Source: Antedon mediterranea (lineage: Eukaryota; Animalia; Echinodermata). From it: a stretch of 64,000 nucleotides of DNA. Both the position numbers and the translations under genes were made by a program. The notes beneath the pieces were generated by a model. That model did not search any database, had not been told where the DNA came from, and worked only from the letters and a program-made list of their open reading frames with translations. Shown piece after piece: positions 25,943 to 39,578 of the stretch; the first letter of the stretch is position 1, and each line of letters begins with the position of its first letter. The stretch is taken from contig NC_092670.1 of NCBI RefSeq assembly GCF_964355755.1, positions 29,624,388 to 29,688,387 on the forward strand. The letters are read 5' to 3'.

Positions 25943-27726
25943 CCCCATACAAAATAAATGCGGGATTCCGCCGGGATCCCACCGGGATGTTGCGGGATCC
26001 CGTCGGGATGCCCGAATCCCACCGGGATTCGCGCATCCCGCCGGGATCGGGATCGGGAAAAGATCGCAAATTCGGGATATCACGGGATCCCGGTGGGAAT
26101 CGGCCATCCCGCCGGGATCGGGATCGGGAAAAAATCGCAAAATCGGGACATCACGGGATCCCGGTGAGAATCGGCCATCCCACCGGGATGGGGATCGGGA
26201 AAAGATCGCAAATTTGTGATATTACGGGATCCCGGTGATAAACGGCCATCCCGTCGGGATCGGGAAAATATCGCAAATTCGGGATGGCGGGATTCGGTCA
26301 TTTGGTTTGTGGCTCCCATCGGTCAACCAGGATTGTTTTGTTCGGGATCCCGCCGCTACGACGGGATAAGGATAGACGGGATTAATGATGTTTAATGATT
26401 CCATCGATTAGTGGTATTTGTCCTTGTAATCGAGAGTTGAGACCATCTATTTAGCATTGAGACGGGATTTGGACTTCTCTACTCTTCCACAAACTTAATA
26501 TTTAGCGTAACATTGGTGCGTCTTAATTTCGAAATCGCCGGTGTATTCATTTCATTAGGTAATACAGTGATACGTAACAGACGGTAAGTTATTATTTTAT
26601 TATATAGGTTTAATGTTGTTTTTGATTTGAATTGAGTTATTTTTTGTTTTAAATACATGTACCACAATGATCAAACCAGCCGTGCATCCCTTTTTACAAT
26701 AGTATTAATTCTAAAGACAGTTTACTTTATGTACCAAACCTTTTGCTGCGCCGCCACGGCTACTTTAATCGTTATAGTTAATCACATTATTATATCATTA
26801 TTTAACACCTCATCTTCAGTAAATACCATGGAGTCCTAACTTATTTCTCCATGGTAATACTAACAACGAGTTGATTTCTTATCGTATTATCATCACATTT
26901 ACCTTACTATATTTACTTATTACACCATACCTTTCGATTAACATGTTTATAACCAAGTTGAGTTGTTTTAATATGTTGAGGGTATTAACGCTATTGGTTT
27001 ACCAGCTGATGAGTGCAATATGCACTCCTGCATAGACAATGCATGTTTCGTTTTATGCAGGAGATCCGATCAATAGTTACCTCCTATAACATTAAGGATC
27101 GAAACAGCCATTGCATCATCAATAATAAGCTATTATTTAAAAAAATATTTATGAGGTATTTTCTGAATTGTGTCCAGCAAAGATCAATTATTATAAAACA
27201 CATGATGATGATGGCTGTCCTGGGAATAAACCCAGTTTTGTTATACTAATTTAATTTGTTAAAAATAATGTTTAGACAAATCCTACAGTTGCTGAAAGGT
27301 TGAACGTTCACAACAACCAACAGTGTCTTGCTGCAATGAATATAGGCCTACCGTCTTGAAGTGCTTTGAAGGTTTTATAAATACGTTATTAAATGAATGA
27401 AAAAGATTTTAATGTTTTCATTGACTGTTATAGCTCTATTCTAGAATGGTAATTATTATAGTGAAATATGCAGATTACACGGGTATATAGAAATGAATTT
27501 GCTAATAAAAAGACAAATGAAATGATGACTTTCGTACGGCAATATGAGATTGACCAATTAATCATTAAAAGGAGAAAACTATGAGTAGGCCTAATTTTGT
27601 TTACAATTTGATTTGCATCCGTCATAATAAATGCAACATGGCGTTTTAATTTGCCAAAATGTCAAAAGGAAATGATCGGTATTTTGTATTTTTACAATGT
27701 TTTTCTATAAGGTTCTTGTCATTTTA

Positions 27727-27765
<39 letters not shown>

Positions 27766-30700
27766 CCTTTATAGTGGAAAAAGAATTATTTTCATATTAC
27801 CGTATTTATTTGGATAGGGAACAACAATATTCTATTACAACACATTTCTATTTGTAGTAGTAGAATTCATTCATCTACAATTTACCAAGCATATTGATAC
27901 AAGTTTTACTGTGTTTTGTCACTTCTATATTAATTGTGTTGTAATTTTTCATAGGGGCTATTTGATTATATATGTACCATGGTATTACACCAAAAAAATA
28001 ACGCTTTCGTTGAGTAAACGCCCCTCCTGCAAAATTATTCGAATATTAATTATAAGCCTAAAAGTGTCAACATAGAAAGGAATTCAGCAGTCTCCTCATT
28101 CAGTTCATTGACACAGTCACGTGGTCTTGCTTGTCGGACGGCTTTAATTGTCGGCATCTCTTTGTGTAGACTATAGAGCAGGTACCAAGATCTATATTTA
28201 GAAACGGACGCCACTTATAGGCGTGGGAAGTTTTAGCGGAAAGTGGTTGTCTTGACGACAGCTTTAAGCATTCATTGTTTTATTGAATGGGATTTCCTAA
28301 GTAAAAACTCTGAAAGTGTCAACATAGAAAGGCAGCAGCAGTCTTCTCGTTCAGTTCATTGACACAGTCACTTGGTCTGGTGTGTCGGACGGCCGGCTTT
28401 AATTGTCGGCATCTCTTTGTGTAGACTGTAGAGCAGGTACCAATATCTATATTTAGAAACTGACTCCACTCTTTAGGCGTGGGAAGTTCTAGGGGAAAGT
28501 CATGGTTGTCTTGACGACAGCTTTAAGCATTCATTGTTTTATGGAATGGGATTTCCTAACTAAAAACTCTTAAAATTACAATTTTGTTTGTATTAATTTG
28601 ACATAGGCCTAAGATTAGTATTACTCCAGAGTAACAGCATCGCACCAGGGAGTTGTAATTAGACACGTTAGTATGGCCTGTAATTGATTATCATAAAATA
28701 TTTATAAATTGAATGTGCTTGTAAAAATAGCACACAGCGCGCCATAGGAACTTGCGTGCGCGTGACATTTACGCATCTCGTTCCCGCCTTGGTTTAAATT
28801 TGTAACCAGATCACAGCAATTCTAGGCCGGTCGGCTGCTAGCAGCGACGTACAACGCATTCAAACCGTAGGTGTTTTTGATAAATTTGTAGATTTATTCG
28901 TTGTGATTAATATTTATTAATTACACCTTATTGTTATACCCTATATAGTATCATAGTAGCTGCTTTAGTTGAAATATATATAGGCCTAGAAGCTCATATT
29001 TGTGTTGCATTGCAAGTCAAAAAGGTACAGCAGCCTGCCTTGCCAGACTCCCCCTCCCCTTCCTCATCCGCTAGCCTACCACACCCGCCCCCGTGCGTAT
29101 CCTACGTAGGCCTAGGCTTGTTCCGCCTATTTGATACTAGGTCTTTGATACTAAGCTTTACTAGGCCTATATATTATTATTATTTGGTCTCTCCAGACAC
29201 AATGTGAAAACTATTTTGTGCATATATTTATTAAAATGTTTATCATACACCACCATACTCAATAATATAATTATGAATATTGCTTTGTGTAAAAAAGGAT
29301 TTGAACTCGGACTACTATGATATGAGTGTAAACAGGCATCTGAAAAGTACTACTAGGCTAGTAGTAGGCCTATTCCTATCTCTAGACTTGGCCTAATTTT
29401 CGGAAAATTGAGGTGAATGAGGATGAAGAAGGAACAGACAAGCTAGGCTAGACTAATGGGTAAACTATAAATAACATGATCAGAACATTTATGATCAGAA
29501 TATTTATGATTATAAAGGTACAAAGTATTTTGTAAGGTAAGTTATAGGCCTATAGGCTATTTAGAATTTGAAGGATTATTGTTTAAAAATGTAATTATAA
29601 ACGGTAAACAAAAAACACATACGACGTACGTAACTATATCATATAGGCTAGGCCCTATTGCGCTTTCTTTCGTTATAAACAGACATAATTATATGTTGTA
29701 GGAGTCATTGCGAAAACAAAATTAAATGAAAAACACTTTTAAAATTGAAACGGGTTTATCCCAGGACAGTCATATCATCATCTTCATTTAATTTGTTTAG
29801 AAAATGTTCGAAAATTACTTTAAAAAAAGTGTTATTTTACATTAAATTATTAATTATCAAATATTTGAATTGAAAATATTATCGATGATGTTACGGCTGT
29901 TTCGATCCTTACAGTTAGGGAGGTGGCTATTGATTGGATCTCCTGCATAAAACGAAACATGCATTGTCTATGCAGGAGTGCATATTGCACTCATCAGCTG
30001 GAAACCAATAGCTTAATACCCTCAACAAGTTAATAAAACTGAACTTGGTCATAAAAACAATGGAAAGCTATTCAATAATATACAAAAAAACTCAAAGGTG
30101 TTGTTTTAACTCGTTATTAAATCATAAACAACATATCGTAAAAGATGGATCAACACTGATAATAATGCCGGATGAGTATTGCAGAGGGTTTTGGAAATCT
30201 CATATGTTTTGGTTATATTGTATTACTATGATATCTTATCCTACATCGGCAGATCGGTTGTTCAATCATTTACGATATTAATACAAATAATTAGTTAGAA
30301 TAATTAATGAACATTGTTAGTAAAACAAAAAACATGCTTAATACAACAGACCTACTCAAAATTACAGACTTTATTCTGAAATAAAAGAAGAAAACAGTAA
30401 ATATTACAAACACATCAAACGACCAAAATGTTGCCAATTCTATCGATAACAATCAACAACAGTGAATCAGTTAAATCTTTATTTTAGTTTAAGATTTAAG
30501 CACACAATTACCGTAATGAAATTTGTATATAATATAAAAATGCATTTTTATTGTTTTAACAGATTTCATTTAATTTCTAGACGTCTGTCCTTCTTGGAGT
30601 AAGAGTTTGGTAGAATCACAGTATTTCAGAACGGGAGTACCGACCAGGATTAAATTTATTGAATATACCGTTTTAAATTTACAGCTGAAATCTCGATATT

Positions 30701-31369
30701 TTGGCGAAATTTTAATCGGGATAATGCACAAAAACGAACGGGATTTTAAACCGGGATAACGATCGGGATTCTTAGCGGGATCCCGATCGATATCCCGGTT
30801 TAAAATCCCGTTCGTTTTTGCGCATTATCCCGATTAAAATTTCGCCAAAAAAATCGAGATATTTTATTATTGGGATCCCGATAAAAACCGGGAATACCGC
30901 CCGAAAATCCCGCGGGATGACCGGGATCCCGGCCGTGAATATCGCAAAAATCCCGATTAAAATTGTGCCAAAAATCGGGATATTTGTTACCGGGATCCCG
31001 GTAAAAACCGGGAATACCGCCCGAAAATCCCGCGGGATGACCGGGATCCCGGCCGTGAATATCGCAAAAATCCCGATTAAAAGATCGCAAAAAATCGGGA
31101 TATTTTTATCGGGATCCCGGTAAAATCCGGGAATACCGCCCGAAAATCCCGCGGGATGACCGGGATCCCGGCCGTGAATATCGCAAAAATCCCGAACACA
31201 ATTTCGCTAATTTCCCGGTCGAAAATCCCGAAAATATCCCGATTTTTTCGGGATTCCCGACCGGGAATACCGCCCGAAAATCCCGCGGGATTTTACCGGA
31301 TCCCGTCGGGATCCCGGCCGGGATACCGGCGGGATCCCGGCCGGGATCCCGACGATTTTTTTTATAGGG
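25943..31369. mobile_element. CCC-ended foldback-like element with 2-bp TSD (CMC/EnSpm-like, non-autonomous)
   Basis: GC|CCCCATACAAAA...TTTTTTATAGGG|GC. GGGATCCC-rich subterminal arrays at 25960-26370 (~65-bp units) and 30700-31350 (~120-bp units). A further inverted block lies at 26940-27240 vs 29750-30060. Confidence 0.75.
28061..28570 (+). repeat. Tandem duplication of ~252 bp
   Basis: aaagtgtcaacatagaaagg...gggatttcctaa(g/c)taaaaactct starts at 28061 and again at 28313. Confidence 0.85.
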
Positions 31370-31665
31370 GCATGCCTGCTAATAATCTACAAATTTAAAT
31401 TTGTATGAGATAAATATGCAAAATTTAAAGAATTTCTCATTTTTAGTTACCATAGTAACTGTTGCTATGCATAACTAAGGGAAATTAAATAATTATCAGA
31501 TAATTATTAATTAATAATTAATACTGAATCCAACCATCACAGTAAAAAAAAATATAGAATTTAAAACCAATATTTAATAATAAAGTGTGATATTTTACAT
31601 GCTGACCTTAAATGAAATGAAATTTCAAATCAGGGCTTCAATATTTGTTATGTAGCATTAACATA

Positions 31666-32523
31666 CCGTATATTTCGGTGTATAAGTCGCACCTGTGTAT
31701 AAGACGCACCCCTAACTGAGAGTAAAATATCGGTATTTTTTATATCGTCGATGTATAAGACGCACCTTATATTTCATCAAAACAATGTTTTTTTAAATTG
31801 TAATCAATATTATTGTAATAATATATTTTGTTATATCTACAACGGCGTCCTTTATTTAGGTTTTTTCTTACCTAGGCTCGACCGCGCCCAGCCTCAACAA
31901 GTTCTTTCTAACTTGTTATTCATGAGTTTCGCCGCAACATCGAGTGCATGACCGTGTGTGTAACACGCACGTGTGTGGGCTAGCCTCGCTCGATCATTTC
32001 GAGAGGGCGCACGTTTTCATGGACAATCGTATTCGATTAGTGTCTATGTATCCGAGAAGTGTGTACGCTAGGTCCATGCTATAATCACCTGGAGAATATA
32101 CTAGTCGAATACCGTACACCATGTGCCACCAAAAGAAGGGCTTGCGCTTGGGGTACGGCGATCGTGCGTATAACTACTGTATAAATAAATACTATTCCAA
32201 TCGTACGACGTAAACGTTTACAAATGAAATTTTATCGGAGCGCCATAATGAACAAATCTTTTCATCATATTTAGTATAACATCATGCTAAAATGACTTGA
32301 AAACTAGGCCTAGGCAGAAGCAGGTTGCCGTTACGTTAGTTAGTTACTGTAGCTAGGCCTAGCCTACTCAGGCCTAGAAAACGAGGTGACGATAGCCTAG
32401 CCTAGGCTAGGCCTATGTACAATCTGTGTGGTGAGGCATTTATGTTCGGTGTATAAGACGCACCCTTAATTTAGAGGTCAAATTTGCGTGTCAAAAGTGC
32501 GACTTATACACCGAAATATACGG
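31666..32523. mobile_element. Tc2/pogo-type MITE
   Basis: TA|CCGTATATTTCGGTGTATAAGTCGCAC...GTGCGACTTATACACCGAAATATACGG|TA: perfect 27-bp TIR, with internal gtataagacgcacc repeats. Confidence 0.88.
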
Positions 32524-33758
32524 TACCTCAGTATATCATTGACTTTTGATTGGTTCTATTTCGGGGAGGGGAAAGTGGTGGATCCAGGACTTTTAAATAG
32601 TTAGGGGGTTGAAGGCGACGGTCTAAAAACTTAACTTTATGTCCTATCTTTTGCATTGCAATTTTTAACTTGGGGTGGGTGGGGGCTTGGAGAAAGGGGG
32701 AGGGGATGGGATGGAGGAGTTTGAATCCGTCTATTCATTGGGGCGATAGTAGCGGCAGTGTGGGTGGTGCTTGAATGCATGCATTTGACACTCTATAGTG
32801 GATGGTCGACCAAAGTGTTGCAGTTTATCTTTTTGTGGTTATAGTCGGGGTGGGGGGGGGGGTGGTAGTCGAAAGTGGTGGTGGATGGGCATATGGGATC
32901 TGCTTAGGTTAGCAAATAAAAGAAGTAAACAAATGAAAGAGGAGCTTCAAAATAAGAGGAGTAATCTGTTGCAAAGATTAAAATTCACAACGATCTGATA
33001 ATTTATTCAAATTTCCAGAGGATATAACCTATAAAATGACAATAAAACTGGGAATTACAGAATCTATAATTAAAAATTATTTTTTTTCTCACAACACAAC
33101 TAGAACTATATAAAACATTAAGAATTTTTCTGACCAATGAGTTTCAAATCAAATAATCAAAGAAAATAAGATGTTTTTACTAATATACCATGTTTTTTTT
33201 ATAAAAATGCCTATGTTTCTCGCAACACTGCTTGTAGATTTTAAATTTACCCCAGTATTTTATTTTAGAAATCAATTATTAAACATTAGAACTACCTATT
33301 TGTAATAAATCAGCTAAAAAAATACACCACTTTGGGCGTCATGGTGAAGTAAAGTTTAGTTGCATTGAACAATTTAAAAAAAGTGAAAAACACCCCTTTT
33401 TAAATAAATGGTATCTCCCAAGGTATGAAATAAAAAAAAATAAAAAAATTTGAAACAGGTACACAATGCATTGTTATTATGCATACACTAATTATTTTTT
33501 ATAATTAAATTAACAACACAAAAATATCGTTCATCAAAGTAGTACCAATATCCATTTTAAAAAACCTTTAAAAAGGACAAAATTTGACAAAAACACAAAT
33601 TTGGCCGTTGCCATGGAAATATACGTGTGAAATAAAAAATACTTCATATTTGATTTCTCTCAACACATATATAGCCATGTGCAAAATTTGAAAGAAATCC
33701 ATTTTTTTGAGTCTGCCACTCTTTTTGATATTTCTTCGATTCTTACAGACAATGGCTC

Positions 33759-34775
33759 TTAATACGGCACCTCCAGATCTTAAACCTAATCTGTGGGTCA
33801 GATACGTGGATGACACTCTAGAAATCATCAAAACAGGATCAGTCTTACGCTGGACACAACATTTAAAACAATGTAGATGCCACTAACAATATCAAGTTTA
33901 CATATGAAGAAGAAAATAAAGGGAAACTTCTGTTTCTAGACTCACTGGTTCATAGAAAGGAGGATGGTTCGTTAAAGTTAACGGTTTACAGAAAAAAATA
34001 ACACACATACCAATACCTGAATTTCAATTCACATCACGCTCTAAAACAAATTGTCAGTTGTGAGAACACTTTTCGACAGAAAAGAAAAACTCATAACTGA
34101 GCAGACAGATAAAAACAAAGAGGAACGTCAAAGATGCTCTAGCACAGTGTGGTTATCCTAAGTGGACTTTCAAAAGAGTACAAACCGACATGAACACAAC
34201 TAAAGACAACAAACCTAGGGCAGAATTGGACAACAAGCAGAACACCAAAACGATGGTAGTCATCCCGTATGTGAAAGGAGTAACGGAGGTAGTGCAACGA
34301 CATTTCAAAAGCAGGGGTTGCCACTGCAGTGAGACCTCTGGACACCATCCGAAAGCAGCTTGTACATCCAAAAGATAAGATACCACCCGTATTACAGATT
34401 GCGTATACAAGATCCCCTGTGCTGGTTGCAACAAATCGTATATCGGTGAGAAAGGACAAAAATTGGGCACTCGACTAAAAGAACATCAAAAGGACGTTGA
34501 TTTGGTCTCGGAACGAGCGTACACACGATCGCAACGCAAACAGAAATCAACAAGTCGGCAATCACTGACTATGCTGCGCAGACAAATCACGCCATTGATA
34601 GGGAAAATTTGAAAGTAGTAGACAGGGAATCGGTCAGATTAAGGCGCTGGGTTAAGGAATCCATCTGGATCAGGAAGACCCCCAATTTTAATAGACATGA
34701 GGGCGGTTACAAACTCAGTCAAGTGTGGACCAATGTGTTGACCCGTCATCTAGAGGTCAACTGTGACATACTTTG
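33759..34775 (+). pseudogene. Penelope ORF, 3' half (RT YVDD, thumb, GIY-YIG endonuclease)
   Basis: NTAPPDLKPNLWVRYVDDT; FLDSLV; VYRKK.THTYQYLNFNSHH; CVYKIPCAGCNKSYIGE...RLKEH; KESIWIRKTPNFNRHEG. Frameshifted. Confidence 0.9.
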
Positions 34776-34810
34776 AGAAAGCCAACTGATAGTTGGCGAA
34801 ACGTCAGGTA
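34768..34810 (+). ncRNA. Minimal type-I hammerhead ribozyme-like motif in the 3' pLTR
   Basis: TTGAGAA core (U3/A8 variant of CUGANGA), 7-bp stem II GCCAACT/AGTTGGC, GAAAC-GTC cleavage triplet and palindromic ACGT stem III. Such motifs are known from PLE pLTRs. Confidence 0.6.
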
Positions 34811-34989
34811 AATAAAATAATCGTTATTTACTATTACTATTACGGTTGAGATACAGTATAATTAACTATTATATTTTATATAAATAAATAGTTGTTAAAC
34901 ACTTGTACAGTATTTAGGCCTAATTTTTGTTTATACTTTATTATTATTAGCCTAGGCTTACAATTACATTGAATTGAAAATACAATTAA

Positions 34990-37250
34990 TTTTTTTTTAT
35001 TTGAAGAACCTGATGATTCAGATATGGATCCAGACTTTGTCCCTAATGCTAATCCCAATGATGTGTCAACACCATCTAATGAAGAAGATCGACTAGAGCA
35101 GGAGGATGTTGGAGATGAAAACAGACCAGAGCAGGAAGATGATGGAGAGAAAGATGATGACCAATCCGAGCAAGAGGATGATACAGAGGAAGATGATAAT
35201 GTGATTCTATTTCAAAATTAAAAACAGTTTCTATTTATTATTTTGCCGGTGGTACTTTTTTTTGTACTTTTTTACTAAAGTATTACTGTAATATATTTTT
35301 CAGAATGTAACTGTGATTAAGCGTCATAAACGGCCAGAAACCGACACTTGGAACCAGAATATCTGCAAAAGAGGACGTCGACGTCTAGAAGGAAAAGCCT
35401 ATAAAAACAGGAAAGGGATTGAAAAACCTGAGAAAAAGATGGGCAAAGGATGAGATTCAAACTTCTGTAGGAAATGAAAATTAAGAGATTGCCAATCTTT
35501 GTAAGAAGAAAAACGTGAATGGATATTTCCAATTTTTTTTAAAATGAAATCATGGAATAAACGCCGTTTATAAGTTCGGACATTAGTTTCTAAGGTAATT
35601 TCAAATACATTATACAAAGGAAATTTAAGAAGGGTGAAATTGTGGAGCTGTAAGGAATCTGACTCCAAGTTCTGAGAATTTTCTTTTCTTTAATACAGGT
35701 TGACATGAAACAAAAGAAAGTTCCAGTAAATCAGTCACGAAGAAAGTGTTCATTTTCATACAGACTTCAGCTGAATGATGGTACATCTGTCCAGGTTTGC
35801 AAGTCGATGTTTGCATCCACCCTTGGCCTTTCGCAGAGAACGGTTGTTGATTGGCTAAACAACGACCAAGACGCACCTAAGGCAGACAATCCGCATAGAC
35901 CTCGTACAGGTATAACGAAAAACAGCATGTAACTTTTACAAAACTCTAACAACAATGTATAATGCTATGCAAATAGCATCTCTTCATTGTTATTCAAATA
36001 CTTAACCCTGCTTTGGTTTTTGTTTATCCAGGAAAGACTGCGTACTTTATGTAGAAATGAGAGACATAGATTACCTTAGGAAGTGGCTAAATGGTCTACC
36101 GTCAGTACTATCACATTATTGTAGAAACACTTCCACTTACAGAAATACAAATTTTTTGTATCCTGATACAACAATTGCCAAGCTTCACCCAGAGAATAAA
36201 TCTTCTGCAGAGAATGGTGGGTATTGAGCAGTGTGCCAAACACGATTTACTCAAACGTTTCATGAACAAAACCTGTCTGTCTTCATACCAAGGAAGGACC
36301 AGTGCGATGTTTGCGTTAGTGCAAAACACGGGAACATTGATGCTGCTAAAGCATGAGGCACATATTTTGAGCAAAAATCAAGCCAGAAAAGGAAAGTCTG
36401 AGAATAAAGATAATGCAAGTGATGAGGTGTCTGTGTGGACCATGGATTTACAGGCTGTTCTGTTATGTCCTCGGACAAAAGCCAGTACCATGTACTACAA
36501 AAAAAAACTACAAGTGCACAATTTCACCCTCTACGATTTAAAGAAGAAATAGGGATATTTTTACGTGTGGGAGGAACAAGAAGGCGATTTGAGTAGTGAT
36601 GTGTTTGCATCTATGCAATACACTCACTTCAACAAAGTAATTGAGAAAAACCCACGTATCAAAGAAATCATTATCTGGAGCGACGGTTGCGGATACCAAA
36701 ATCGCAATGCAACTGTCGCTAATGCATATCTGCAGTTGGCGATGAAAAAAAAAATTAAAATAACACAAAAATATCTTGTCGCAGGACATACACAAATGGA
36801 AGTGGACTCCATGCATGCAACGATCGAATGAAAATTGTTGTAGACGACATCTTTACCCCGAGATATTACATTGTCGTCATGGAGAATTGTCGAAAACAAT
36901 TAAATCATGAACAGTTTCGAAAACTTAGTGGAAGCTACCTGTCTAGTATACGGCCAGGGAAAAAAATCAGGAGATCCAACTGTTCACGATTTGAGAGCAT
37001 TGGAGTATACCACCAATGGGCAGATCAAGTTTAAACTGTCATTCGGTACTGAAATTCAATGGGAAGTACTACCACAAAGGATCAAAATCCCAAATAGGCT
37101 TTTTGGATGGGTGCAACTATTTAGTGACCCTAAAGCGATAACTCTACGCAAGTTCAATGACTTGCAGTCGATGAAGCATGTTTTGCCGCACTGCACGCAC
37201 AACTATTTTTTGATAGTTTTCCCCACACGGAAGTTTGAACATTTCATTAT
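34990..37250 (+). pseudogene. Decayed spliced Sola1-type transposase
   Basis: Acidic N-terminal exon (DSDMDPDFVP); VQVCKSMFASTLGL; WTMDLQAVLLCP..ASTMYYKKKLQVHNFTLYDL; WSDGCGYQNRN; QKYLVAGHTQMEVDSMHATIE; KFNDLQSMKHVLP. Stops and frameshifts throughout. Confidence 0.85.
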
Positions 37251-39578
37251 AATTTGGGGGGTAGAGCTGGGGGTGGGGCAGGGGTTTGGGGGAGGGTGTT
37301 GTATACTGTAGTTTGTAGTTTATAATCATATTGTGAACCAATGTTGTTTAATTTCACTGTTTGATAACTTAATTAACAGGTTATTTATTTTGTAAAGGCA
37401 ATTGTAAAACTGCCTAAGTCACACTATATTCAAAATATTTTTGCCTAAGTCATTTAATTACGTTGCGCAATAATTATATTGCGTCATCTTACCTATATTA
37501 CATTTAGCTTTCGAGAACTATTGATATATTTATAGAAAAAATAAAGAATAAATATTTGTTTTTAAAGAATTTATGAGGTTTTTTGTTTTTTTCTCAAAAC
37601 TACAAAAAAGGACTGTGTTTCATATCTTTTCAGAACTTTCATGCAGAAAATTCCCTAACTGCACCAGTGCGGGGATTAAAAGTTCACTATCTAACAAGTT
37701 GAAAGAACTTAATGGGAAAAAAGAAAAGATAAATATGGAAGTTCAAGATGTGATGTTTTAATTAAGTGATGTTTCAAGCACCTTAATTTGTTAATGGATT
37801 ATCTCCATGATTTGTTGTTGAATACAAGTTAACATAAAGATTTAATTTGTATATAATTTATATCTAAACTAAATATTAATAACTCTGGAAAATATATCAA
37901 AATTCTATAGAACATAGAATTGGTCAGAAGTTAAATAAAACCTCTATCGATATTTCTACTATACAGGTTCTATGCAAATCTATCGAAAAGTCCATCAGTC
38001 CATTATTATCTTTAGAAACTCTATTAGAAATTATATGAGATATATATATAAACAAACTCTAAAGATATTCTAAAGAATTTCTAAAGATATTCTATACAAT
38101 CTCTATACAATTTCTATACACAATCTATAACAACTCTATTGAAAAGTCTATCGGAATCAGATTGAATATATATAGAAGATAACTGTACTATATAGAGAAA
38201 TCCTTAGAAACTCTAAGATTGAAAGATATATTTCAATTATAAAATAACTCGTTATCGTGAATGTGTTTGTATTATCAACATTGTTGATCACGAATGGAGC
38301 CTCTGGTATTTGAGCTGCTTAAAAATGATTACACACTTCATGGATAAACCCATTTTGGGCGAGTTCCTAAGAGTTTGATGTTTGATGATTTGGTACAGGA
38401 AGCAATCAACTGCTCTCTTTATTTATTGTTTTATCATTCTGCTGTGTATTTATTGTCAGTCCGAGTCCGTATCACGTATTTCTAACTCAGCTGAACGCCA
38501 TAAGACGACATACGCGCCGAGTATATAGCCGAATAGGGGGAATCTGCGGACCTTTAGGGCTGCTGTCTGAGCTTATGTACAGGATAAAGTTGCTGTCATT
38601 GGTGTTTTTGTCATCCCCAATATGTACTGCTGCCATTAAAAAAAGATTCAACCTTGTATCGCTTCACATGAATAAACCCATTTGGGCGTGGCCCTAAAAT
38701 GTTGCTGTTTGGCAATATTCTCAATCACATCCAATCACAACATACTTTCGACGGCATATAATGATGATAACGATGCCGTAAAACGTGATATGGCAGTGAT
38801 ACAAGATGAACACGACAAATGTTAAAAGCACCACTCACTACTGTCATATGTCACTTCAGTTGATGGTCTCATGATACTGTCACTTTAGAGACTGTTTCAG
38901 TGATTGATGACCCCTATTGACGGTTTCCTCCTGTGTAACGTTCAAATATATAATATGTATACTGTATATTATAGGCTTCATGTACAATATACAGCTGTTC
39001 TTTAACAATTACATTATTTGCATCCTACGTTCTTATGATTAGTACCAATTGTTGCAAAGTGTTTACATCATTACAGGAGTAACCAAATTGTATACATTTT
39101 TACAAATTATCAATTCTGTTGGGTATATTTTTTCCCTTTACGTTCTTATGACCACCAATTGCTGTCAAGTGTTCATCATTTCTGACAGGGACACACTCAT
39201 ATTGGCATACATTTCACATCTTACCAGACCTATTTCAGTACAAATCTCACATGCATATAGTTTCCAGAGGCCACATTTCCGAAAACCATTCGTGTACACC
39301 CACTGGAGGGTGCGCGAGCAAACCCTCTAGTAATAATAACCAAAATAATAGTATTTACACTAGCATTATAACTTATTTGACTGACCCATTTACACATTCA
39401 TTTTAATATTAAATAAAACAGATGATTTAATGAAACATATTGTTATCCTACAAAAGTGATGGCAATGATCTAAAATACCACTTTAAGTTTATTCTTGAAA
39501 GTTACAAATGTTGTTTTTAATTTATTATTTTTATGACGAATTACAAGTAATTTTTGGTACTGATTTAACTTTGATTAG

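Larger units (their letters stand above)
21744..33758. mobile_element. Sola3-type non-autonomous composite element (12 kb)
   Basis: TTAA|GAGCCATTGTCTGTAA...TTACAGACAATGGCTC|TTAA. About 550-bp imperfect TIRs (21744-~22300 vs ~33200-33758). Removing it restores the Penelope frame KAI-NTAP. Confidence 0.88.
20167..34877 (+). mobile_element. Penelope-like retroelement, decayed and interrupted at 21744-33758
   Basis: Direct pLTR-like repeats at 20167-20345 and 34709-34877. PLE-type N-terminus, RT split across the insertion, and a GIY-YIG domain. Confidence 0.9.

Noticed and set aside
27727-27762. (TA)n microsatellite, also the poly-G run at 24472-24490
   Set aside because: Ordinary simple repeats.
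25863-31398. Arg/Gly/Pro-rich ORFs on both strands
   Set aside because: They arise from GC-rich GGGATCCC subterminal repeats that lack stop codons.
37900-38230. Degenerate ctctatagaa-type repeats
   Set aside because: Low-complexity remnant with no definable unit or termini.
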